Notes under the pieces: generated by a model
The model's input: the letters and a program-made list of their open reading frames with translations, nothing else
Database searches by the model: none
Told to the model about the DNA's origin: nothing
Shown: positions 43,864-55,700 of the stretch, piece after piece
How positions within the stretch are numbered: position 1 is the first letter of the stretch
How the letters are laid out: each line of letters starts with the position of its first letter
NCBI GenBank assembly: GCA_977018835.1
Contig: OZ361257.1
Span: 3,968,001-4,032,000 of the forward strand
Direction of reading: 5' to 3'
Source of the DNA: Minutocellus sp. GHC0000111
Taxonomy: Eukaryota
DNA: 64,000 bases
Program-made: the position numbers and the translations under genes

Positions 43864-45823
43864 TTAGCCCTGATAAATAGCATCGGGGACAGGCTTGGGC
43901 AGACCATCCTCGTCCCAGGGAAGCTCCATACCATCCAGAGGCTCGAGATCGTCGAACCAGTACGCCTTCTCATCATACTTGGCAAAAAAGACACGGCCGA
44001 TCCAGTTCTCATCACGGCACTGGAGGAATCGCAAAACAAACGCCTTCTGGCCCATGATCTCTTCGACGCCAGTCACTTCAACCTTTCCAGGGGTGCAGGA
44101 CATGGATGGGCCACGAGCAGTACGAATAAGGCCGGAGGTGTTGCGGATGGCATCGGCGTAGAATCGCTGAGCCTTGACGAGGGGCACATTGAAGTACTCC
44201 TGAGCACCAGTATCGCGCGCCAAGAACATGTAGTAGGGGATGATGCCAAGGTTGGCCTCCTTGCGCCACTTGTTGGCCCAAACTTCGGCGGAATCATTGA
44301 TGCCTCGCATGATTGGCGACTGGGAACGGATGGTGGCGCATGCCTCTTCCTGGATGCGCTTGATGGCGGTCTGGACCTTGTCAGTGGAGAGCTCGCGCTC
44401 GTGGCTGAGATGGGCCATGACCGCTACGTGGCGCTTGCCCTCATCGCGGACACGACGGAGGAGGGTGATGAGTTCGTCGGCATCCTTGTCGGTCGTGAAA
44501 CGCTGAGGCCAGAAGCTCAGAGAGCGGGTACCAATACGAAGATTTTTGATGTGAGGGAGGAAATCGGGATCGAGAAGGGGTTCCAGGTATTGCGCCAGAG
44601 ACTTGGTCTTCATAATCATCGGATCACCACCAGTCATAAGAATATCAGACACTTCCTCGTGCTTGGCAAGGTAATTGAATAGCGAGGTGGCCTCCTTTTG
44701 AGCAAATCGAAGCTCGTCGTCACCGATGAACTGAGCCCAACGGAAGCAGTAAGTGCAGTACGCGTGGCAGGTCTGAGCGACGGCAGGGAACACGAGAACG
44801 GTCTCGCTGTACTTGTGCTGGACGCCATTGAGATCATCGCCATCCTTGGGAGCATTGAGAGTCTTCTGACCAGCGGGGTGGGGGTTGAGATCCTCTCGAA
44901 TTTCTCCCACAACCTTGATGAGGTTGGCGGGATCCCCGGCATCATGAGCGGCCTCGAGCTTCTCTCTGTGCTCATCGGAGAGCATATCGAGAGTGGGAAA
45001 GACCAACTTGTAAAATGGATCCTGGGTGACGTCGTCGGCCTCCCAATCAACGAGCTCATCGACGTAGTATGGACTAGCTTTGAAGGGGAACACAAGACCC
45101 GCGAGTTTGACATCACGAAGGTGAGGCTTGAGCTGAGGATGGTCCTCGGCGACCTTGTCGATGGCCTGCAAACTGATGGCCTTGTAGCGCTCGTTGGGCT
45201 GACCCATCGCACTAAGATCGGTTCCGACGACGTTGTTCTCTCCACCCATGGCAATTGCCTCGTTGGCGGTTGATTCACTGGTGACGCTGGGCTCGCTGAT
45301 ACCAACAATCTCATTCTCCTTGGTCGACATGAAGGCTGTGAGTCAACACACATGATACGTAGAGAATTTTGCATCGATTCGAGAAGAGAGGCGAAATGGC
45401 AAAACGACAACAAGAATCGTTAGTAGGATCAATGAGGAGAAAGCAGCTACGTAGCATAATCCTCGTCATGGAGAGACCTGGTGATACATTGTGGCCGTCA
45501 TTCTTTTGGCCAGTTGTGCGTGGCGCGCAAAAAAAAATGACCTGATTCCATGTCTCCATCCCAAATAAATGAATGCCGGCGCAAAAGAAAATCTTCAAAC
45601 CTTGTACATGTACGATAATATTGCGAACAAAAAAACCTGTGGAACATTCCAAGAAAGCTGCTGGACCATGCAAGAATTCGAATTGGAAACAAAAAGCTGA
45701 CTCACAGGTTGCAGCAGAGCGAGCCACGCTCATCTGCCGCGGGACAAAGGCATCGGCGGAGGGAGACAGAGCTCCGGCTAGGAAAGCGACGAGGGCAACA
45801 GCGGTGATCGACGACTTTGGCAT
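43864..45823 (-). CDS. KamA-family (lysine 2,3-aminomutase-like) radical SAM protein with plastid-targeting presequence; intron 45336-45705
   Basis: Motifs HKYSETVL..CHAYCTYCFRW (CxxxCxxC), ILMTGGDPM, LRIGTR, IRSQSPIMRGIND, PYYMF and CTPGK. Exon 1 MPKSSITAVALVAFLAGALSPSADA-FVP splices in frame (AAT|SFMSTK). Confidence 0.9.
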
Positions 45824-46340
45824 GGTAGTACGTTTATCTTCTCGCTTGGGATCTGCAATGCTACGTGTACTTTCCTGATGGATGAGATCGAACGATGAAA
45901 GAATCAAAATCGAAGCATATCGTCACTGCCTGCAGTTGATGGATGGCGGCAATTCGTCGTGTTTGTTACTGTGAAATAATATGTTCTGCAGATATGACAT
46001 TTTCAAATAAGTATCATGACGAATCTTCCGGAATAACCTGAAACATTACATAAGGTCACAAACCCTGTGTATTTTCGCGACGTGGTCGAGCCGTCGAGCC
46101 TGGCCCTTTTTTTACTAGGTTGGCGTGGACTTACTCGACTGTAAGTGACTGAGCAAGCCGGTCGCGTCGGTCGAGGACACTGCAGACCAAAATCTGGCAA
46201 CTCTACTTCGTAACTACCGAAGATCTAGATCTACACGTAGATCTACTTAGCTAGCTGCTAGCTAGACACTCTTTTATGTTCTTATGCGCCATCCTCCTAC
46301 ATGTATTGGTCTACTGTGGCCTAGCTACATGCACCGTGAA

Positions 46341-46366
46341 GAAGGCACGCAAAAACACTGCAACTA
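46341..46366 (+). repeat. Direct repeat copy 1 (GAAGGCACGCAAAAACACTGCAACTA)
   Basis: Identical 26-mer at 47310-47335, with degenerate similarity extending on both sides. Confidence 0.9.
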
Positions 46367-47309
46367 ACTGTCAGTGTGGCTTGTTCCAGGCCAGCTTCAG
46401 GTGAAAGAAATTGAGACATTTGTTGGTCCCGCCATTTCGCGCACACTTCGCTCGCGTTGTCGGGCCCTCGACGGACGAGGGAAAGACCGAAGCTCATCCA
46501 TTTTTTCTCCCGAACGAAGCTCATCATGGTGACCCCCGCTCCTGACCGCGCTGCACATTTGCAAGGCAAGATGTGGGCATTGCCGAGGCTGGCCGATACC
46601 ATTGCGCTACGCATGCGAAAGTTTGAGCTTCATTGGATTGTTGATGTGTGAGAAAACAATCAACCTGTGTTGGACCGCACGAAAAGGGGACGCGGATGAG
46701 AAATGATGCCAAGAGAGCCACAGCAGCCCAATCCACCCAGAATTGCAGAGAGACACACGCCCAAGACATGTATGAAAATGTTTATGTGGTTGATTGTTGT
46801 GTTTTTTTGTTCGTATCCGCCCCCGCATCGGCCGCCAATGAGAGCAAAATTTCGTGCGGCGCCGTCGTCTTTCTCGCAAAACTTTGTCCCCACGAAACAC
46901 ATGTTGTGCTTCGAATTTTTGAGCTGCGCCTTCGATGTCACAAATCTGCAGGGTGTCGAGATGTGTGACAAGAGCTTGGCTGGCTCGAATCTCCCATTCT
47001 TTCCAGAGATTCTTGGGGACTAAGGTCGGTCGGCCGGCGATTTTCGCGTTTTCCCATGCTTCGCCGCGTTGAAAACACGGACGATGGAAAGACGGTGGCA
47101 AGGAAAATCCCGGTTGTTGCAAAGGGACCACCAGCAAAAATGCAACTTCCTGTGCAACTGTGCCGCGCTTTGCAACAACTGAAATTACGGTTGCAAAAGG
47201 GCCTGATACTGAACGAGCTCGTGGGGTGTGAACGCAGTTTGGTGTTTTTTGAGGCCTTTACTACGGAGGAATCAGTGATGCAACTTGGGTTGCAAAAGAT
47301 GCACAACGT

Positions 47310-47335
47310 GAAGGCACGCAAAAACACTGCAACTA
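47310..47335 (+). repeat. Direct repeat copy 2
   Basis: Identical to 46341-46366. Confidence 0.9.
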
Positions 47336-48420
47336 TCAGTGCAACCTTATTCAAGGCCAAAAACAATAAGGAAAAGTCAAAGTCAATAAATACGAAAAAG
47401 CGATGGACACAAAAAATCGGCCAAGTCTGAAAAGATGCAAAGAGCAAAAAACAGCACATCATCTATCTACCGGTAGAGGCACGAGGACCAGTGTCTACAT
47501 AAAAATAAGCTTATATACCTATCACTACCTTTACATGTGCCCATTCTATGCCGCATCTTCGATTCTTCTATCTTGTATCTTCCATAACACATCATTTTCC
47601 AACAAGGCCCTCATATCTCATCATTTTCTCCACCAATAACATGGCATGTCGCATGCTCATGGGCACATGTGCCCATCGGCGCTCTCTCTATGCAGAATCA
47701 ACCAAGTACACTATCATCCAACGCCCGATGCCATCTTTGTTGGATTTCTGACGGATATGGGTATGTTCTCCCATCCCAAATCACCATCTGCTAAACTCCA
47801 ACTTCTCAAGCTACCACCCTTCCAACTTCGGGATAGTAGCAATATCGGCCGTCTCCTCCTCCGCCCCAGACAAAGCAGTTGCTCTTTGATACATGTCATC
47901 CGCCGCTCCAAAAAGCTCGTGGTGCTTGCTGGGAGCATCTCTATCTGCTGATAATGGACACGGAGGTGTGGGGACGGGCGAAACGAACGAGATACGAAGG
48001 GCAGGAATGAACTCCCTCGAAATCGACGAGGACGTGCCAGAATCGGTGGCCAGAGCCATCAATCGATGGCCGATAATCATCTCGAACGACGGTGACGACG
48101 ACAGTAGCTCCGACACGCCAGAGAGATTCAAAACGAAGCACATGCAAGAAGAGGTGGGCCGGCTTCGCAAAAAAAGTTCCACGGTGGCACCACGGTCATG
48201 TGGGTCGCGGGAATCGCCTGATGGAGCCTGCCAGCTTGCGAGAACAGAAAGATAAACGGCAACGACACCGATCGATCGTGCCGTTAGCGTCTGCCACCGA
48301 AATCGTTTCGATGGAGCGCGCACCGAGACGCCGGGTTGAGGACGGTATTGTGAAGTTTTTTGCCGTACGACTCGTACTTTCACGCGTTGGAGGTAGGGGT
48401 CGGACACGCTCGACAAGGTT

Positions 48421-51108
48421 GCAAAAATTCCCAAGTTTACCCGCAGGGCAAACTTTCCCCGCGGAAAGAAAAAGAGGAGAAAGAAGGAAAAAGATGGAAA
48501 AGGGAGCGAAATGATAAAAGCATCTCTGCTCGGCGAGTCTACATGTCACTACCGGTAACTTCATGTTTACTACATGTGTTGGTAATGAATGATTACTTAT
48601 TTACGAAACATCCCCAAAAGACCCCCATTGGACCTCGGCCATGCATTGTCTGGTAATTTCTGGGCATTCGCTCCCACTCCTAGCACCTGCGCTGTCAACC
48701 TGCTTTTGGTGAGATTCTTATTCATCTTGCTTGCCAACCACCGACGGACTTCAAGATCTAAAGCCTTTCCTTTTGCCACTAGTTCGGCCTCATCGATCTC
48801 GGCTGCTCTAAACACATCATCCTGATCTTTTGTGACAGCTGCATCAACCACACGCATTGCCAACTTATATTTTGTCTTTTCATTGCGATCAAAAGCCCTG
48901 GGAAGTATTGCCAGCGGCGGAGGCATGGATTCATGCGACGACCCTGACTTCAGCTTTCCAGATCGAGCCAATTCTATTACTATTTCGCTCATGAGCGGCC
49001 ACTTATTCTTCTTTTTGCCCCCAGCGCTGCTGACAGTTGACAACTGCTCCGTCGTTGGTAGCGGTGGAGGCCGAAGAGCCGTCGGTAGCGGTGGCGCTCC
49101 TCCAACCATTCTCCTTGCTATGGCAACCGGCGATACTGCAATGGCAGATATTGCGGTGCCGATAATGCCAGAACCTCCAGCGGTGCGCTGCCGCACGTTT
49201 CGGCCAGGGGATCGCGGTGGGGATGGCTCTCTTCGTCGGATGGTGCCACCGGCAGGTCTACTGGTACCAGCAACCGCCGAATCAACACCACCAGAAGCAA
49301 TCAATGGCACCGATGTTCCATTTAGCGCCCTTGCATCCGATTTTTGTAGCTGAGTCTCAAGGTGACATATTGTTCTTGCGTTGGTTGCTGCCAAAGCCTT
49401 CAAATCGGCAATCTCCTTCCGCAAATCTGATACTAAACGATTGTTTTCAGCTACCACAGTAGCAAGCTCCTCCTCAGCGGATGAATACGGTGCATTGATG
49501 GTCTTGAAATCATCTGCCACCTTCCTTGACCACCCCTTCAATTGAGACAGATCAATACCGAGCTCGTCCCCCACATTCATCATCCGACGAACGGCAGGGC
49601 CTGCAACTCCAAGAAAAGACAGCTTCGTCGAAAAATTAATAATGTTGGTGGCCAGCACCTCCCGTACCAGCTGCCGTAGCCTCCCTCCAGCCTTGAAATC
49701 AGGCATTGTCATTGGATATAATTTGTCTGCAAACCGATCCAAAAGAGCCATGTCGTCAGGCAAAGTGCTGATGGCAATGAGCCGAGGAGGACGGTGGGAC
49801 TTCCGAGGAGAGGGATGGCCAGCAAGAGACCTCATTGGCACATGTTGCATCGCCCGCCGAGATAGCACGTAGTGCCTGGTGTTATCAGCAGGAGCGTGGC
49901 CTGATCGTGCCGTGAGCTCTGGATGATTCACCGACGGATCTTCGTGAAGGTGGGTAGTGCCGCCGTATCGCATGCTTCGACCAGATATGCTGTCCCGTAT
50001 TGAATCCGGCAGATCATCTCGCAAGGTTTCGGTGAGGGTCTTGGAAGTCCAGGAATCGCTTCGAGCCTGGCACATCGGTACAACAAAGGCCTGGAGAAAA
50101 CCTATATTGCCAGAGGAGTTGCAGGTACGAGAGAGGCCACCATCGACGCTCCAGTGGTCACCAAGGGCATCAAATACACAAGTCTCCCACCGGTCATAAT
50201 CTGTACAGAAGGTAGTCGGCCTGGTCGTGCCATTCTTCAAGTCCTTCCAGTCAGCAGCAGCACAATTACCGACGGGATCATATGTCATGCCCTGGTAGTT
50301 GAGATATTTCACCTCCCCGGACCGGCCATCGGCGGCATATGTCAAGTTGAGAGCAAGGCGTCGCTGGTGCTTGTCGCCGAGCTTGCTGGTTTTCAGTAGC
50401 TTGCGATTGATGGTGACCATGTCGGGAACATCGTCGGCAAATGGACCGGTGCTGACACCGTCGTGTCCTTCAATAACACCAGCATCGGGGTTGAGGCGAA
50501 CGATGCCGATCTTGCCGGGTACTTCGTCGACACCAGATGTGCCACGGACGCTGTCTCTCTCCAGCTTCTTGACGAGCGCGCCCTTGGAGAGGGTGAACCA
50601 GGTCTCGTCGGTCCAGTCGACGTGGCGGCCGAACCGGTCCTTCAGGTACTCCTTGATGAGGCCGAAGCCGTTGCCGACGCCGTCAGCCTTGAGGAGCTTG
50701 TCCCGGTTGTTCATGTACCTCGGAGGGTTCGTCGACATGTACTCGGCCCAGTTCGATGTCGCCGGGCGATGCGACGTCTTCGGGCGTCAAGTCGTCGACA
50801 AAGGGAAGACCGATATGCTGAAGATATGCATTGAATCGGGTCTTGTACGATGATAACTCGGGTGGTGCCCTTGGGACTGCCGTGCGGCGAAGGCCGGCGG
50901 TGGCGTTCGTGGCGGCGGTAGCAGCAGTAGTAGCGGCGGCCATGGTGTCAAAAGACTTCCGTTTTTTTATTTTGGCTCGCAGCCAAGATGCGCTTTCAGT
51001 TGGTGCTTGGCATCGCGGGGAAAATCTTGAAGTCTTCTCGCAGCAAACATGCGAGCCAAACTTTACCCAGGAATCCCCCCGAAACACCCGGGTAAAGTTC
51101 GGAAGCAA
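48421..51108 (-). mobile_element. Crypton-like tyrosine-recombinase DNA transposon
   Basis: YR ORF flanked by GCAA direct repeats (48421-48424 and 51105-51108) and subterminal inverted repeats TTCCCAAGTTTACCCG (48428-48443) / CGGGTAAAGTTCGGAA (51089-51104), 14/16 identical. No reverse transcriptase ORF seen. Confidence 0.7.
48597..50943 (-). CDS. Tyrosine recombinase-like protein; frameshift near 50750
   Basis: YAADGRSGE provides the first catalytic R. SGRSMRYGGTTHL...ARSGH...NTRHY provides the box II R, H and Y. The N-terminus MAAATT...SYKTRFNAYLQHIG is in another frame and joins at DIE/NWAEYM. Confidence 0.75.
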
Positions 51109-51269
51109 GGCGCAAAAATAAGGCGAGATGAGTGGCGCTGCTGACGCGTCATTCAGAAGCCACAGCAAGACGAACGAACGACGACGATGGGTGGCACGAT
51201 GAATGAACGATGAACGAGTTGCCTGGAGTCTGGGGTACGCATAATAATTGTCAAGGCAAAGAAGCGAAG

Positions 51270-52484
51270 ATGAAGCTAACGAAGAAGGATATCAGTGCCA
51301 AGGATGGTAGCGGAACGGTCGGTCTCAAGCCAGAGACGCCCGAAGACCTATGGCATGCCTACAATCTGCTGCAAACCGGTGATCTGGTCCGCTGCACGAC
51401 GATCCGCAAGGTGATGAAGGAGACCAACACCGGCAGCACGTCATCCAACAAGATGAGGATGATGCTCACAATCGAAGTGAAGAAGGTGGACTTTGATGTC
51501 GATTCGCTGCAGCTACGGCTTTCGGGTACCAACCAATCGGAGAACGAACACGTGCGCATGGGGGCGCATCACACGCTGACTTTGGAGCTCTGCCGGGCCT
51601 TCAGCATCGAGAAGCTGTGTTGGGACCAGGTGTTCCTGGACATTATTGAGGAGGCATGTCATCCCGAGAGAGAAGCGGAAATCGCAGCCGTTGTGATGCA
51701 GCCTGGCCTTGCGCACTTGTGTATGGTGACCGGAAGTCTCACAATTACCAAAGCAAAGATTGAGATTACCATTCCTAAGAAGAGGACGGGATCGACCAAC
51801 CATCAAAAGGCAATCAATCGATTCTTCGAGCCATTCTTCAGCACATTGATTTTGATAAGGTCAAGTGCATCCTCCTGGCCTCGCCGGGGTACGTCAAAGA
51901 CGACTTTTACAAGTATTTGCAGGCAGAGGCAGCAAGAAGAGATGACCGGCCGTACATTGAGAACAAATCCAAGTTTGTATTATGTAAGGCGAGCTCCGGG
52001 CACAAACATGCCCTGGAGGAAGTCTTCTCCGATCCAGATATCATGTCTCAAATCACGGAAACAAAAGTTGCCAAAGAGGTGGGAGTTCTCAATAAGTTTA
52101 TGAGAATGATTGATATCTGTCCAGAAAAGGCCTTCTATGGTTTCAAGCACGTATCGAAAGCGAATGAGGAGCTTCGAGAGTCTCATGGTGACCGACGAGC
52201 TGTTCAGAAGTTCAGATATTAAAACGCGAAAGAGTTATGTTTCACTTGTGGAATCGGTCCGTGAGAACGGAGGCCAAGTTTACATTCTCAGCTCGATGCA
52301 TGAATCAGGAAAGCAACTTCAGCAAGTGTCAGGTGTTGCCGCCATCCTTAGATATCCTCTACCCGATCTAGACGAGGAATCGGAAGATGAGGAGAGCGAT
52401 AGCGATGAATCAGACCATGAAAAGACAGATGCCGAGCTTCATGCCGAACCCTTGGCAGATGATCTGCAGAATATGGGCTTCTGA
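51270..52484 (+). pseudogene. PELO: Pelota/Dom34 with two frameshifting deletions
   Basis: MKL...EDLWHAYNLL, ASPGYVKDDF, SSGHKHAL and [10 protein letters not shown] are spread across three frames. Breaks at ~51830 (FFE/AILQHIDF) and ~52175 (ANEEL/ESLMVTD). Confidence 0.85.
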
Positions 52485-52761
52485 TAAAGTAAAGTAGCCA
52501 CAGTTGATACTGAAGGTTATCCATTGCTAATAGAAGTTATGTTGTTTGTATTTAATATGTTGATGCCACATGCATGTATTATTGTTCGATTGAGTGTTTT
52601 GTGAGCGTGATCCCCGCGCCTCTGTGAAAATTGTTTCAATTAGATACGCTTGATATCAATCTTGATGGTAGTTACGTGTACCTAGGTACGGTACATGTAG
52701 AGTCTAGATTTATTGAGTGAGTAGAACGTGTAGATTCTAATTTTTATGATAAGAATCGAAA

Positions 52762-55700
52762 TCAAAAGAACTCCTCCATAGCAGCATCATTATGCTCGAC
52801 GCTTGGGTTGCCAACGAGAAAGTTTGTATCATTATCGGTGACAAAATCTCGTCTCGTAGGCGTCGGCCTGCGCATTGGAATGTCAGTAGTTAAAGCTGAA
52901 ACGTCGCTGGTGTTCAGAAAAGGATTCTCGTTGCTATCAATCGTCACATGGAATTGACGACCTTCAGCATCGTCGTCCTCATCAAAACTCTCCATTGGCA
53001 TGGAAAGAGGCGGATCATCATACTGCTGTCTGGTGTTGCCAGAAGGTGGTCGTCCCATACCTCTGGTACTAGTGACAGATGTGGCGTCGCCCGTACCTGC
53101 AGCGTGCTTCATCCGATGCTCATTATTTTCGGAACGAGTAGTGCTGCGCCCCTTTCGTTGTGCAACGATGTTGTCATCGTTGGTTGTAGATGTGCCAAAT
53201 CGAGAGCTTGAGAGTTTACCCTTCATTCGCTTCAGCCTGGAACTCCGTGCTGCCGCTAGTAACGAAGAGGTCTCAGCATTGCTGTTGGCGGAATCGTCTT
53301 GAACAATTTGTCCTTGTCCGCCATTGGACAACATGGTAGAATGTGTATCAAAGCGCTTCGGATGCCATTCATTTGGTAGTGAATCGCCCGTGGCCCATTC
53401 CTTGTCTTCATCGATCTCTAATCGATCCGGCGACCCCGAGTCAAAAAGCCTATGAGGCGAAACATAGCTATTCTCGTATGAGGAGTCTGGTGCGTCGGAA
53501 ACATAAGGGGCGGATAGACCAGACAAGTCTCGGGCTTCACGAGCCTCTTCAAGCGTCCGTTCCAAATCTGTCAAAGCAGCGGTAGCCATGGAGATTGGCG
53601 AAGGGTCAACGCTCATGGTACTGGATTTATATGGAGTTGATTGGTTATGGGCCCGAGAACTGTGACTCTTGGTTTCTTCTGACAACTTGGCAGGACCATC
53701 CTGGCAAGTACTATCGCTTGCGTCTGTCTTAAATTCGCGGCCATCAGATGTTGGGACTAATGCAAGAATACGGTTTCGAGCACCCTCCTTCTTTTTGTCC
53801 CACTGGATGTCTGTATAAGATGCTCGAAGCCTGTGTTCATGGACGTATGCTCTCCGGATGATGGTCGATCGAACCCAGGCCTGAATCCTAATCACTGCAG
53901 TGAATGCATCAAGAGGTCGATTCTTCACCACCTTCGGTCGCGACTGCTGCTCCAGCACTTTCTCATATCGTTTCCTTTGCAGGTGTCCTCGTGCCAGGGC
54001 TTGGAATCCAGTAATACTTGTCCACATCTTGCGATAAAATGCTGCTTGATGAAGGAACCAGCGTTGGATTCTGATGGCACACACTCTTCTCACTGCTAAT
54101 GTCATGGATCCTGGCCCAGGAGTATCAAGCACGAGAGCACGATGACGAAGGTAAGACCGAGCAGCACGGCGGATGTCAGAATGGATGCGAGTCTGGTCCT
54201 GTGTTTTCGTCCGGGGCTCCCTGTTGACATTTGAAGCGAATGTGGGATAACGGAAGTTTCGATGCGAGTTAACATTACTAGTAGAAGAAAAACATGTAGC
54301 AAGATCAAACCAAAAATGAGAAAAGCATAAAAATGAATTCATCTTACCACTTCCGCCTCTTAGCAATGCCCATTTGCGCGAGAATCCGATGCCTTGTCTG
54401 GACACCTCGTACGAGTTTCTGTATTTGGGTGGCAGCAGCATCGTCTGCACTGAAAGATGATGTTCGTTCCACATCCTCACCAACACGGCTCTCATCATCT
54501 GATGATTCCATCGTTTCTCGGAAAGCGAGGATCGCATCCTCTGGGGCCTCCTCTTCGATGAGATTTTGGCCCATATCTAATGAAGTGGTGGTGTCAACAG
54601 TAAGGATGTGGTGTTGAGCTAGGGCTGTCAAATCTTCTTCATCGGGATCGAGAGATGGAACAGCGCGAATATAGCCTGGTCCCTCCTCTTGAATTGTATC
54701 TCGAGCATCTGGGTCCACCGACGGGACAGCTCGGATCCTTCCTGGACTGGACCCTTCATCGTCAGAGACGTTCACGACGACGGGAGAGGCGCCGATAGGG
54801 ATGGCATCAGAGGCCATGGATGGTACCGATCTGATCTTACCGGGCTCTTCGTCGTCTGAGATGTCATCATCAATGGGAGGCGGTGTAGAGAGTGCAATCG
54901 CCCTAAGGCAGTCACTATCAGAAGTCATCTTTCGTACGACCTCAACTCCTTCCTCTTCATCATTGCATCGATTTGCCTCGTGGGCTGTTGCGGTATGTTC
55001 TTGTTCCAATGGCTCCAAAGGCCTCACCTCTATCCTGTCCATGGACATGTCACTGAGTAATCTGAAGGAAGTATCAGTTGGAGGATCAAGTAAGACCTTT
55101 TGAGTGCTGTGAGTTGTTGGATCGACTCCAGAGGGTGGATCGGGCGCGATGCTTCTGTGCTGGTGCTCGTCACCAACGCTAGACACGTCCATCGCACCGA
55201 TCATTGACGGATCTGGTGGCGCTAGTGACTCGTCCAAGCTCTCTTCGGTACTGTCCGGAGCCGATTGGCATTGGGTGGATTCTACATCCGTCCCTACGAT
55301 CAGAGGCAATGGCTGAGAATTGCTAGTATCTTCGGTAGTAACAGGAGATGCGTTGTGTATAGTTGAATGGGTTGGGACAGACATTTCGACCAAATCCACT
55401 ACATCATGTGACGGTGTTGCGGTATCCCTTCCTGCATTAAAGCCAGATCCGCTGTCCGCATGTTCGTGGTGGTCGAGAGGAATCATTTCATGCAAGACAT
55501 TTCCCATCTTCCGTGATGAAGTAATCTCCAGTGCATTGCCAATATGGCAGTGCCAGTAAGGAACGTAATTTGGAGAAGCGAAAACAGAAGGTTCGGCGTC
55601 CTCCTCTTCCTCGCAAGGGGACCATAAGTTCTGCGTCCAATCGATGCTTAGCGTCTTGCGGATCGACCTTTCCTTCGAAGCAGACTTGGCGCGGCCAGAC

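Noticed and set aside
45336..45705. Riboswitch in the unusually long KamA intron
   Set aside because: No TPP or other aptamer consensus is recognisable by eye. An Rfam scan would be needed to be certain.
46390..47470. Protein-coding ORFs in the gene-free zone
   Set aside because: They are short, overlap on both strands, and show no motif or codon-bias support.
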